Of a stretch of DNA of 64,000 bases, positions 20,261-30,075 are shown in pieces. The DNA comes from Acidobacteriota bacterium (GTDB lineage: Bacteria; Acidobacteriota; Thermoanaerobaculia; Gp7-AA8). The first letter of the stretch is position 1; every line of letters begins with the position of its first letter. The DNA lies in NCBI GenBank assembly GCA_019244185.1, contig JAFATB010000006.1, positions 96,001 to 160,000 of the forward strand. The letters are read 5' to 3'. Below the pieces are notes generated by a model. That model was not told where the DNA came from and ran no database searches. It saw only the letters and a list, made by a program, of their open reading frames with translations. Both the position numbers and the translations under genes were made by a program.

Positions 20261-21754
20261 ATGTCGCTGAAGCTCGGAACGAAAGTGCGCTCCGTCCGCC
20301 GCCGCGAGCAGATGACGCAGACGCAGCTCGCGGAGAAGCTGGAGATCTCGCCGAGCTACCTCAATCTCATCGAGAGCAACCAGCGCCCGCTGCCGGCGCA
20401 CCTGCTCGTGAAGCTCGCGCAGATCTTCCACGTCGATCTGCAGGCGTTCGCGGACGACAGCCATTCGCGGCTCGCGGACTCGCTGCAGGAAGTCTTCGCC
20501 GATCCGCTGCTCGAGGAGCACGGCATCACCACGAATGACGTGCGCGAGCTCGCCGAGAGTCCGGCCGCCTCGCGCGCGATCATCGCGCTCTATCAAACGT
20601 ACAAGAGCACGATCTCCTCGATGCGCGACCTCGCCTCGCAGCTCTACGACGGCCGCGCGTTCATGGGCGTCGATCCGTCGCACCTGCCGAGCGAAGAGGC
20701 GTCGGACGTCATTCAGGAGAACGTCAACTACTTTCCCGAGCTCGAGGCGGCAGCCGAGGAGCTGGCGCGGAGGGCGAAGCTCGACCGCGCGGATTTGTAT
20801 CGCTCGCTGGTCATGCACCTGCGCGGCAAGCACGGCGTCGAAGTCGCGCTGACGCCGGTCGCGCGCGACCGCGGCCTCCTGCGCCGCTACGATCCGAACG
20901 CGCGCGTGCTGTCGCTCTCGGAAGTCTTGCCGCCGTGGAGCCGGCAGTTCCAGATCGCGCATCAGCTCGGGCTCATCGAGGCCGCGCCGGTGATCGACGC
21001 GATCATCCAGCGCTCGCAGAAGAACCTCACCACGCCCGAGTCGGTGAAGCTCTGCCGCGTCGCGCTCGCGAACTACTTCGCCGGCGCGCTGCTGATGCCG
21101 TACGACGACTTTCTGCGCACCGCGGAAGAAGTGCGTTACGACATCGAGCTGCTGCAGCATCACTACACCGCGAGCTGGGAACAGGTCTGCCACCGTCTCA
21201 CGTCGCTGCGCCGCAACGGCGCGGCGGGCGTGCCGTTTCACTTCGTGCGCGTCGACATCGCGGGCAACATCTCCAAGCGCTTCTCCGGCACCGGCATCCG
21301 CTTCGCGCGCTTCTCCGGCTCGTGTCCGCGGTGGGACGTGCATGCGGCGTTTCTCACGCCGGGCCGCATCCGCACGCAGCTCTCGAAGATGCCGGACGGC
21401 ACGGCGTACTTCTGCATGGCGCGCACGATCCGCAAGAGCTACGGCTACGCCTCGGGCGACGCGCTGATGGCCGTCGGCATCGGCTGTCCGGTGAAGCACG
21501 CGCGGAAGCTCGTATACGCCGACGGCTACGATCTCGAGAACCTCGAGGCGGCCGTACCGATCGGCGTCACGTGCCGGTTGTGCGAGCGCGCCGACTGTGA
21601 ACAGCGCGCGTTTCCGCCGCTGCAGCACGGGCTCAAAGTCGACGAGAACGTGCGCGGACGCTCGTTCTACGCGCCGGTCGAAAGCGAGCCGCGCGAGGCG
21701 AACGCTCCCGCGGTGCGCCCCTCTCCGCGACGCGCCAAGCGTGCTCAAACGTAG
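20261..21754 (+). CDS. ramB: RamB/ScfR-family short-chain fatty acyl-CoA regulator (XRE HTH)
   Basis: ISPSYLNLIESNQRP, NYFAGALLMPY, EQVCHRL, RVDIAGNISKR, PIGVTCRLCERADC; divergent from aceBA. Confidence 0.88.
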   Translation: MSLKLGTKVRSVRRREQMTQTQLAEKLEISPSYLNLIESNQRPLPAHLLVKLAQIFHVDLQAFADDSHSRLADSLQEVFADPLLEEHGITTNDVRELAESPAASRAIIALYQTYKSTISSMRDLASQLYDGRAFMGVDPSHLPSEEASDVIQENVNYFPELEAAAEELARRAKLDRADLYRSLVMHLRGKHGVEVALTPVARDRGLLRRYDPNARVLSLSEVLPPWSRQFQIAHQLGLIEAAPVIDAIIQRSQKNLTTPESVKLCRVALANYFAGALLMPYDDFLRTAEEVRYDIELLQHHYTASWEQVCHRLTSLRRNGAAGVPFHFVRVDIAGNISKRFSGTGIRFARFSGSCPRWDVHAAFLTPGRIRTQLSKMPDGTAYFCMARTIRKSYGYASGDALMAVGIGCPVKHARKLVYADGYDLENLEAAVPIGVTCRLCERADCEQRAFPPLQHGLKVDENVRGRSFYAPVESEPREANAPAVRPSPRRAKRAQT

Positions 21755-21833
21755 GCGTTGCCGGAACTTTTTCGTACCGCTCGGGTAGGGAAGCAGTACA
21801 CTGGCGGCACTCCAGAATTACCGGGTCCCGTCC

Positions 21834-22301
21834 ATGTACCCATGCATACGGCGATTTTTCGTCTGGTCGGTTTTGCTTTCTTTCGCGATAGCCGTCGCCG
21901 GCTGTTCGATGCCCACGAAAGTGCGGTCGATGTTCGGCGGAGGCACGGAGTTCCGCGTCAACATCGCCCCGAACGCGAATGAAAACAGCGCCGTCGCCGT
22001 CGACGCGCTCGTCGTCTACGACGCCAAAGTCCTCGACCTCCTGCTGAAGACGAAATCGTCCGACTGGTTCGCGAAGAAGCAGCAGTTCCTCAGCGACTAC
22101 CGCGACGCGATCGACATCAAGAGCTGGGAGTGGATCCCGAGTCAGGCCGTGCCGAAGCAATCGCTCGAGTACCACGCCGGCGCGAAGAAGGTCCTCGTCT
22201 TTGCCGACTACTCCACCGCGGGCGACCATCGCGCCGCGATCGATCCGCAGCAAACGTTCACGCTCTACCTCGACACCCTGGACATGAAGGTGACCCCATG
22301 A
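21834..22301 (+). CDS. tssJ: T6SS outer-membrane lipoprotein TssJ-like
   Basis: Lipobox AVAGC; NANENSAVAVD; LVFADYSTAGDHR; first gene of the tss operon. Confidence 0.7.
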   Translation: MYPCIRRFFVWSVLLSFAIAVAGCSMPTKVRSMFGGGTEFRVNIAPNANENSAVAVDALVVYDAKVLDLLLKTKSSDWFAKKQQFLSDYRDAIDIKSWEWIPSQAVPKQSLEYHAGAKKVLVFADYSTAGDHRAAIDPQQTFTLYLDTLDMKVTP

Positions 22302-23611
22302 CGACGGACCCCAATGCCTTGCCCGCCGCGGTGCACTGGTCGGAAGGAATGCTGCTCTCGCCGCATCACTTCCAGCGCGCCGCGCAACGCTGTGACGCGC
22401 TCCCGCACTATCACGCCTCGCTCGCCTCGCCATTCCACTGGGGCGTCGTGCGGTTCGAACGCAACCAGCCGCTCGGCACGCTGCTGAAGATCTTCGCCGT
22501 CGAGGCGGTGCTGCCCGACGGCCTCGTGGTCTCGCATCCGTCGCCGCTCGATCAGGCCTCGCTCGATCTCGAGCTCGATCTCGCGAAGCTGCAGCCGGAC
22601 GTCGAGCAGGGCAAGCGCACTGTCTACCTCGCCGTCGACCGCAAGGAGTTCGCGCGGCGCTACGACTTCAACGCCACCGAATCCGTGCCCGACGAGACGA
22701 CCGGCAAGGATCATCTCGACATCTCCGTGCTGCGCCCGCGGCTGCAGCTCGTGCTCGCGCGCGAGCTGCCGTCGTCGTACAGCGGCTTCCCGGTCGCGCG
22801 ACTCACGATCGCGGAAGGCGTCGTCAAGCAGCTGCCGTACGAGCCGCCGCGCCTCAGCGTCGGTTCCGACTCGGTCGTCCACAAGCGCTGCAGCGCGATC
22901 GCCTCGCGCCTGCGCCACACCGCTGAAGCGCGCGCCGCGCGCGCGAAGAACGATCTCGACGAGCGCCTGCTCGTGCACGGGCTCGTCGCCGCGCTGCCGC
23001 CGTTCGAGGCGCTGCTCGACTCCGGCGTCGCGCATCCCTTCGCGTTGTATCTCGCCGCGGCCACGCTCCTCGGGCATCTCTCGGCTGCCGGCGTCGTGCC
23101 GCAGCGTCTCAAGGCGTACATCCACGACGATCTCCTCGCGTCGTTCTCGGCAGTCGAAGCGGCGGCGGACGATCTGCTCCGCCGCACGATCAAGGAGAAC
23201 TGGCAGAGCTTCACGTTCACGCGCGACGACGACGAGTACCGCCTTGCCGTCAGCGAGGCGTGGGTCGGCCGCACGATTCACCTCGGCATCCGCGTGCCGA
23301 ACGGCGTCTCCGAAAACGACATCGACGAATGGGTGCGCAACAGCACCATCGGCCTCGGCTCGGACATGGATCGACTGCGCAGCCTGCGCGTCACCGGCCT
23401 GCGCCGCCATCCCATGCGCGAGGACGAGCTCCGTCCGGCGCCGGGCTGCGTCTTCTACACGCTCGAGACGCCGCCGGGATTCCGCGCCGACGCCGAGGAC
23501 CAGCTCGTGATCCACGATCGCGGCGGCGCGGCGCGACGCCGGCCTGAAGAAGTCTCGCTGTACGTGCCGCTCGCCGACGCCAAGTCCGACAACATCGTCC
23601 GGAGGGACTGA
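22298..23611 (+). CDS. tssK: T6SS baseplate subunit TssK
   Basis: VHWSEGMLLSPHHFQ, FHWGV, YEPPRL, HPFALY, YIHDDL. Confidence 0.92.
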   Translation: MTTDPNALPAAVHWSEGMLLSPHHFQRAAQRCDALPHYHASLASPFHWGVVRFERNQPLGTLLKIFAVEAVLPDGLVVSHPSPLDQASLDLELDLAKLQPDVEQGKRTVYLAVDRKEFARRYDFNATESVPDETTGKDHLDISVLRPRLQLVLARELPSSYSGFPVARLTIAEGVVKQLPYEPPRLSVGSDSVVHKRCSAIASRLRHTAEARAARAKNDLDERLLVHGLVAALPPFEALLDSGVAHPFALYLAAATLLGHLSAAGVVPQRLKAYIHDDLLASFSAVEAAADDLLRRTIKENWQSFTFTRDDDEYRLAVSEAWVGRTIHLGIRVPNGVSENDIDEWVRNSTIGLGSDMDRLRSLRVTGLRRHPMREDELRPAPGCVFYTLETPPGFRADAEDQLVIHDRGGAARRRPEEVSLYVPLADAKSDNIVRRD

Positions 23612-23616
23612 CCGCC

Positions 23617-24345
23617 GTGTTCCTCATGGAGAACTTTCACGAGTTCTACGCCGAGGTGCAGGCGCTCGCGGGGAGAATCGCCGTGGGTGAGCTGCGCGCG
23701 GCGGATGCTCGCCAGCGGCTTGTGCGGCTCGTCGACCGGCAGCAGATGGCGGCGGAGCGCGAAGGCGGCACGTACGCCGCGGAACTGTACCTCCGCGCAA
23801 AGTACGCGATGGCCGCGCTCGCGGACGAAGTCTTCCTTCGCGACCCGAACGTCGCCGGCGCGTGGATCGACGAGCTGCTCGAATCCGCGATCTTCGGCTC
23901 GCGCTGCGCCGGCGAGAAGTTCTTCGACGACATCGACGCGCTCCTCGGCGAGCGCAGCGCTGCCGCGGGCGAGCTCGCGCGCGTGTACCTCGCCGTGCTG
24001 TCACTCGGCTTCCAGGGCCGCTTCCGCGAATCGCTCGACGCCGACGTCGCGCTCGAGGAGTACCGCCGCAAGCTGTATCGCGTGATCTACGCGCGCGACG
24101 CGCGCATCGATCCCGAGGAGAAGGTCTTCCCGGCCGCATACGCGGCGACGTTCTTCGACAGCAGCCGTTCCGAGCTGCCGTATCTGCGGCCGTGGGTCGT
24201 CACGATCTGCGTCATCTTCGTGCTCTGGATCGTCGCCGCGGATCTCATCTGGCGCGACGCGACCGCGGGCATCGCCACGCAGATCGACAACGTCCTCGAA
24301 GCCGCCGCGTCGATCGGAAACACGGGCACCGGAGGCTCGCGATGA
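23617..24345 (+). CDS. tssL: T6SS membrane protein TssL (DotU)
   Basis: YAMAALADE, LESAIFGSRCAGEKFF, LSLGFQGRF, C-terminal TM. Confidence 0.92.
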   Translation: MFLMENFHEFYAEVQALAGRIAVGELRAADARQRLVRLVDRQQMAAEREGGTYAAELYLRAKYAMAALADEVFLRDPNVAGAWIDELLESAIFGSRCAGEKFFDDIDALLGERSAAAGELARVYLAVLSLGFQGRFRESLDADVALEEYRRKLYRVIYARDARIDPEEKVFPAAYAATFFDSSRSELPYLRPWVVTICVIFVLWIVAADLIWRDATAGIATQIDNVLEAAASIGNTGTGGSR

Positions 24346-27300
24346 TGCTGCTCGCGAAAGCCTCGCTCTGGCCGTACGCGCTCGCGCTGGTCGTGCTGCT
24401 CGCGCTGCTCATTGTCGTCCTCCTCGTCGTGCTGCTGTGGAAGGCGTCGCGCAAAGAGCAGATCGCCGACGCCGACGAGCCGCCGGAAGAAGCGCAGAAC
24501 GACGACGCGCCGCAATCCGTCGCCGCCGCACAGGCGAGCGGCGACGCGGTCGGCATCACGTCCGCGTTCCGCCGCGCGCGCGAGACGATGAACGACGTCT
24601 CCGACGGCGATCCGTACCGCACGGCGGTGTTCCTCCTCGCCGGCGCCGACGGCTCGCGCACGCCGGGCTTCCTCCGTCAGGTGGCGGGGCGCGAGCTCGA
24701 ATACGTCACCGACGATCCGGTGAGCGAAGGACTCGCGTTCGGCGAAGGCAACAGCTTCCTCTTCTTCGATGACGGCGTCGTGCTCGATCTCGCCGGCGAG
24801 CCGGTGCTCGCGGCGAGCGGCACGGGCTCGGACGGGAAGCGCTGGAAGACGATGCTGCGCCACGTCGCCGAGCTGCGTCCGAAGCGCCCGGCCGACGGCG
24901 TCATCGTCACCGTCCACGCTTCCGAGCTGCTCGCCGCGCAACGCGATCCGTCGTCGTTCGCGCTCGCCGCGCGCGCCGATCAGCTGCATCGCCGCTTGTG
25001 GGATCTGCAGCGCGAGCTCGGCTTCCGCCTGCCGGTGTACGTGCTCGTCACCGGCTGCGAAGAGCTCACCGGCTTCACCGACGTCTGCGCCGCGATGCCG
25101 GCCGCCGCGCGCGGGCAGATGCTCGGCTGGTCGAATGCGGACGGCATTCAGGCGCCGTATCGCGCGGAGCGCGTCGACGAGGCGTTCGCGCAACTGCACG
25201 ACCAGCTCGGCAATCTGCAGATGCAGCTCTTCGCAAACGCGGCGTGTCCGGCGGGCGTCCTGCAGTTCCCGTGGTCGATCCGCGCGCTGCATCAGCCGAT
25301 GCGCACGTTCCTCGGACATCTCTTCCGCACGAGCGCACATCAGGAGAGCGCGATCCCGCGCGGCTTCTACTTCTGCGGCGCGTTCGGCGGCGCGACGGCA
25401 TTCATCAGCGAGCTGCTCGAACAGAAAGTGTTCCCCGAAGTCGGCCTCGCATTGCCGACGTCGCGCACGCGGCTGGCGCAGACACGAAAAGTCCGCACGC
25501 TGCAGTTCGCCGCGGCGTCGCTCGCGCTCATTGCCGCGAGCGGCCTCACGTTCGCGTACCGCTCGTTCCATCGGGAGAACGAGGAGCTGCAGCGCGTCTT
25601 CGACCAGTCGGAAGCGGCGCTCGGCCGCGAGTCGCGTCCCGACGCGCGCGTCGCCGAAGAGCACGCGGCCGCGGAGATCCTCGACAGCATCGGACACCTC
25701 ACCTTCCGCCGTTACTGGTCCGTGTTCGTGCCGTCGTCGTGGCCGGTCCTCACGGAGTTCGACGCGCGCATGGAAGACGCGCTCGGCCGCACGTTCAGCA
25801 TCGTCGTGCTCGACGCGATCCGCCAGCGCATCGACGATCACATCGAGAAAGCGATGAACGACGCGACCACGCGCATCGTGCCGGCCGATTCGCGCATGGC
25901 CATGCGGCAGCAGCGCATCGCGGCCGCGTCGCTTTCGGGCGAAGACGGGCGCGTGCTGCCGGTCGATCAGATGCCCGACTTCCGCGTGCTCAGCACCTTC
26001 GTCTCCGACATGCGCCAGGCGGAGATGAACGGCCGCCGCCTCAACGAGATCGCCACGCCGGGTCGCGGCGATCTGCGCGCGCTGGCCGGACTCGCGGCGT
26101 ACGCGTTCGGGCAGGAGCTCTCGTCGAAGTTCTTCCAGCGCTCGTATCTCTACGAGGCGACGCTGCGCAACGCGACGTACACGCGGCGCTTCGATCCCGC
26201 GCGCTACCGCGACCGCGCGGACCGCACGCTGCGCGAGCTGACGTCCGACTTTTACCAGAGCCTCTTCGACCGCAACCCGTTCGGCCTGCGCGTGCGGCAG
26301 CTCGTGCGCGAGCTCGATCCCGCGACGCTCGATGCGCACGGCTCGCGCGAGTCGGAAGTCGAGCGCTTCCGCCACATCACCGACACCCTGCATACGGTAC
26401 AGACCGATCTCGCCGGCCCCGAGCTGCAGTGGGCGTTCCGCCCCGACTTCGATCTCGGCCCCGCGTACGGCTCCGTCATCAGCGCGGTGAAGCAATCGGC
26501 GCTCTTCCAGCCCGAGACCGCGGACATGCTGAAGGCGTCGGCCGAGTCGAACTGGGCCGACTTCACGATGCAGCTCACGACGCCGACGGCGCTCAGCTGG
26601 CCGGTGCTCACCGTCCACGACGGACGGGCGGAGAAGCGGCTTTCCGCCGAGACGCAGGGGCTGCAGTCCGCGCTGGAGGGCTTCCTCAATCAAAGCTTCG
26701 TCTCGCGCGCGAACGGCCAGCGCCAGCTCGTGACCTCGTTCACGCCGGCTACGCGCGTGACGTGGGATCCGCGGCTGCTGCAGCAGGCCAGCGCGACGTA
26801 TCAGGCGTTCCAGCGCTTCAACGAGAACGGCCTCAAGCTGTTCCGGCCGGAGATGCAGGATGCGGTCGTCTTCGCCGCGCAGCAACGGCTCGGCGCGCAG
26901 ATGAACGACCTGCTCGTCGACGCGCAGACGCTCGACGACGTCACCCCGCCGGCGACGAACGCGATGATGGAGCAGCAGCTCCAGTCCGACGTCGAGCGCT
27001 TCACGGCCGCGCATCAGCCGCTGAAGGACAACTACGACGCGTTCACGCGCGCGCGGCTGTACGACGAGCGTACCGCGCTCGTCACCGCGACGACGCACGA
27101 GGCGCAGCGCCTCCTCGCCGCCACCGACGCGCTGCTCGAACGGCAGGCGCCGTACACGCCGCGCGCCGGCAACCTGACGTGGTGGGACGGCAAGTCGCCC
27201 GCGTCGCCCGCCGCGTGGGACGCGCGCGATGCCGCTGACCTCACGACGTATCTCGACAACACGCGCCTGCGCACCGCGCGCATCGCGCAGTTCTACGCGA

Positions 27301-28439
27301 AGCCGCTGCTCTCGTTCTTCGACGAGATGGGCGCCGCCGATCTGCCGGAGAGCGCCGCGCTCGTGACGAAGTGGCAGTCGATCGTCGACGACCTCGCCGA
27401 CTACGACGCGAAGAAGCCGGGCAACGCGCCCGCCGCGCTCGAGGAGTACATCAGCGGTCGGATGGCGAAGGTCACGCTCGCCGACTGCAGCGCCGCGGAG
27501 CTGACCGCGCGCCCCCAGCGCGCCAGCGGCTACTTCGCGGCGCGCCTCACCGATCTCTCGCGTCAGGTCTCCGCGCGCTGCGCGACGCAGGCCGCGCACG
27601 AGGCGCGCGCGCTCTACGCCGACCTCGCGCGCTTCTACGACCAGCGTCTCGCCGGACGCTATCCGTTCGCCGCGGAGCCGCCGCGCCAGCCGGGACAACC
27701 GGAAGCGGATCCGGAAGACGTGCGCAACTTCTATCGCCGCTTCAGCGCGGCGGACGCGCTCTTCAACTCGATTCCCGCCGACAGCGCGAGCGCGACCTCG
27801 CTCGCCGACGCGCGGCGCTTCCTCAAGCAGATGCGCGACGTGCGTCCGTTCTTCGCCGCGTTCCTCGACGCGCCGAAGCCGCAGCGCACGCCCGCCTACG
27901 ATCTCGAGACCGAGTTCCGCACGCTGCAGCAGCGCGAGCTCGGCGGCAACGAGATCATCCGCTGGGCGCTCAGCGTCGCCGATGAAACGGTGACCGATCG
28001 CGAGAAGGCGCAGAAGCTCCGCTGGACGCCGGGACAGCCGGTGCGTCTCTCGATCCGCTGGGCCAGCGACGCGCCGCACGTGCCGGTGATGCATGAAGGC
28101 CGGCGCGGCATGACCGTCGACGGCCGCACGGTGACGTACGAGTACTCGAACCGCTGGGCGCTGCTCGCCGCGCTCGCCGATCTTCGCGCGCGCACCGAGG
28201 ACCTGGGGCCCGTCGGCGAAGTGCCGCCGGTGACGCTCGCGCTCACGGTCGACACGAAGCCCGCGGCGACGGACGACGACGAGAAAGACAAAGAAAAGAA
28301 GAACGTCGTCATCGAGCCGGCGCAGCTCTTCATGCGCATCGCGCTGCTGACGCCGGAAGGCGCGCCGCTCGACGTGCCCGACTTTCCGACGACGCCCGCG
28401 CCCGCGCTGCCGACCGTGATCGCCGAGGATTTGCCATGA
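24342..28439 (+). CDS. tssM: T6SS membrane protein TssM (IcmF)
   Basis: N-terminal TM, RPKRPADGVIV, GFRLPVYVLVT, RGFYFCG, LAGRYPF. Confidence 0.9.
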   Translation: MMLLAKASLWPYALALVVLLALLIVVLLVVLLWKASRKEQIADADEPPEEAQNDDAPQSVAAAQASGDAVGITSAFRRARETMNDVSDGDPYRTAVFLLAGADGSRTPGFLRQVAGRELEYVTDDPVSEGLAFGEGNSFLFFDDGVVLDLAGEPVLAASGTGSDGKRWKTMLRHVAELRPKRPADGVIVTVHASELLAAQRDPSSFALAARADQLHRRLWDLQRELGFRLPVYVLVTGCEELTGFTDVCAAMPAAARGQMLGWSNADGIQAPYRAERVDEAFAQLHDQLGNLQMQLFANAACPAGVLQFPWSIRALHQPMRTFLGHLFRTSAHQESAIPRGFYFCGAFGGATAFISELLEQKVFPEVGLALPTSRTRLAQTRKVRTLQFAAASLALIAASGLTFAYRSFHRENEELQRVFDQSEAALGRESRPDARVAEEHAAAEILDSIGHLTFRRYWSVFVPSSWPVLTEFDARMEDALGRTFSIVVLDAIRQRIDDHIEKAMNDATTRIVPADSRMAMRQQRIAAASLSGEDGRVLPVDQMPDFRVLSTFVSDMRQAEMNGRRLNEIATPGRGDLRALAGLAAYAFGQELSSKFFQRSYLYEATLRNATYTRRFDPARYRDRADRTLRELTSDFYQSLFDRNPFGLRVRQLVRELDPATLDAHGSRESEVERFRHITDTLHTVQTDLAGPELQWAFRPDFDLGPAYGSVISAVKQSALFQPETADMLKASAESNWADFTMQLTTPTALSWPVLTVHDGRAEKRLSAETQGLQSALEGFLNQSFVSRANGQRQLVTSFTPATRVTWDPRLLQQASATYQAFQRFNENGLKLFRPEMQDAVVFAAQQRLGAQMNDLLVDAQTLDDVTPPATNAMMEQQLQSDVERFTAAHQPLKDNYDAFTRARLYDERTALVTATTHEAQRLLAATDALLERQAPYTPRAGNLTWWDGKSPASPAAWDARDAADLTTYLDNTRLRTARIAQFYAKPLLSFFDEMGAADLPESAALVTKWQSIVDDLADYDAKKPGNAPAALEEYISGRMAKVTLADCSAAELTARPQRASGYFAARLTDLSRQVSARCATQAAHEARALYADLARFYDQRLAGRYPFAAEPPRQPGQPEADPEDVRNFYRRFSAADALFNSIPADSASATSLADARRFLKQMRDVRPFFAAFLDAPKPQRTPAYDLETEFRTLQQRELGGNEIIRWALSVADETVTDREKAQKLRWTPGQPVRLSIRWASDAPHVPVMHEGRRGMTVDGRTVTYEYSNRWALLAALADLRARTEDLGPVGEVPPVTLALTVDTKPAATDDDEKDKEKKNVVIEPAQLFMRIALLTPEGAPLDVPDFPTTPAPALPTVIAEDLP

Positions 28440-29518
28440 CCGATACCGCGTACGACCCTGTCGCCTTCGAGCTCGCGCCGCTCGTCGAGCCGCTGCCGGG
28501 CGAGAACCCCGGCGGCGTGTGGCTCCGCTTCGAGCCGTTGTACGACGAAGTGCGTCGCATGCGTGAGTCGGACGATCCGGCGTTGCCGCGCGGCGTGTGG
28601 CAGCGCGAGCTCAAACGCGCCGACTGGCCGGGCATCGTCGAGAGAACAACCGAGGCGCTGGCGACGAAGTCGAAAGACCTTCAGCTCGCGGCGTGGCTCA
28701 CCGAGGCGTGGCTGCATCTGCACGGCTTCCCGGGACTCGACGCCGGATTGCGCCTGCTGGCCGCGCTCTGCACCGAACTGTGGGATCACCTCTATCCGCC
28801 GCTCGACGAAGGCGTCGACGCGCGCCTCGCGCCGATCTCGTGGGTCGCGGACAAGCTCGCGCTGCCGCTCAAGCAGGTGGCGATCACCGCGCCCGCGGGC
28901 GAGGACGACGCGCCGTACGCGTGGGTCGACTCCGAGCTCGCGCTCTATCAGGCGAACCTCGCCAAGTCGAAGCCGGGCACGCCGCCGGAGACCGGCGTCG
29001 TCACGCATCCGAAATTTCTCGTCAGCGTGTCGATGACGCCCGCGCCGTGGTACGCGACGCTCGCCAGCGAGCTGGCCGGCGTCCTCGGCGCGCTCGAGAG
29101 TCTCGAAGGCGTGCTGATCGACCGCGCCGGTGAAGAGGCAGTGCCGAGCTTCGCGCCGCTGCGCGATCCATTGATGGCCATTCATTCGTTCGTCGCGCGC
29201 GTTCTTGCGGAACGCGTCCAGAGCGGCGAGCTGCCCGAATGGGCGGTCAGCGAGAAAGCCGCGCCGTTCGAAGCGGCGGCCGAGCTCGCCGGGCAGCCGC
29301 GCGGAGGCGGCCCGATCACCAGCCGCGCCGAAGCCTTCCAGCGTCTGCGCGAATCCGCCGAATACCTCATGCGCACCGAGCCGCACAGTCCCGTGCCGTA
29401 CCTCGTGCGCCGCGCCATCTCGTGGGAGCACATGTCACTCGCCGAGCTCCTTGAAGAACTGCTCACCAAGACCAGCGATCTCGCGGCGATCTACGCGCTG
29501 CTCGGGATCAAGAAATAG
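28436..29518 (+). CDS. tssA: T6SS protein TssA (ImpA N-terminal domain)
   Basis: PLPGENPGG, SKDLQLAAWLTEA, WDHLYP, EPHSPVPYLVRRA. Confidence 0.93.
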   Translation: MTDTAYDPVAFELAPLVEPLPGENPGGVWLRFEPLYDEVRRMRESDDPALPRGVWQRELKRADWPGIVERTTEALATKSKDLQLAAWLTEAWLHLHGFPGLDAGLRLLAALCTELWDHLYPPLDEGVDARLAPISWVADKLALPLKQVAITAPAGEDDAPYAWVDSELALYQANLAKSKPGTPPETGVVTHPKFLVSVSMTPAPWYATLASELAGVLGALESLEGVLIDRAGEEAVPSFAPLRDPLMAIHSFVARVLAERVQSGELPEWAVSEKAAPFEAAAELAGQPRGGGPITSRAEAFQRLRESAEYLMRTEPHSPVPYLVRRAISWEHMSLAELLEELLTKTSDLAAIYALLGIKK

Positions 29519-29595
29519 CCGGAGGATGCCATGACCTGAACCGCGATCTGCTCCGCATCCCGCCCGTACCACAGACCTCTTGAAGGAGGAGACGA

Positions 29596-30075
29596 ATGGC
29601 TGACGACAGCACGCAAAAATGGCTCGGTCGCAACCGTCCACCGCGCGTTCAGATCACCTATGACCTCGAGACCGGCGGCGCGATTCAGAAGAAAGAGCTC
29701 CCGCTGGTGGTGGGCATCCTCGCCGATCTCGCCGGCGACGATGAAGACACCGAGAAGCTGGCCACGCTCAAGAAGCGGAAGTTCATCGAGATCGACCGCG
29801 ACAACTTCAACGACGTCCTCAAGTCGATCGGACCGAAGATCACCGTGCAGGGCAAGGCGCTGAAGTTCTCGAAGATCGACGACTTCCGTCCGGAAGCGAT
29901 CGTCAAGCAGGTCGACGAGCTCTCGCAGCTCCTCGAGGCGCGCCGCAACCTCAACGACCTGCTGGCGAAGCTCGACGGCAACGACCTGCTCAACAAGGCG
30001 CTGACCGACGTCGTGGCCAGCACCGAGAAGCGCGCCACGCTCACCAAGGCGATCGAAGGAGGCACCAATGGCTGA
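29596..30075 (+). CDS. tssB: T6SS sheath small subunit TssB
   Basis: RNRPPRVQITYD, KELPLVVGILAD, IDRDNF, DDFRPE. Confidence 0.95.
   Translation: MADDSTQKWLGRNRPPRVQITYDLETGGAIQKKELPLVVGILADLAGDDEDTEKLATLKKRKFIEIDRDNFNDVLKSIGPKITVQGKALKFSKIDDFRPEAIVKQVDELSQLLEARRNLNDLLAKLDGNDLLNKALTDVVASTEKRATLTKAIEGGTNG

Noticed and set aside
24087-28094. 1335-aa minus-strand ORF
   Set aside because: Antisense shadow of tssM caused by high GC3; no motifs.
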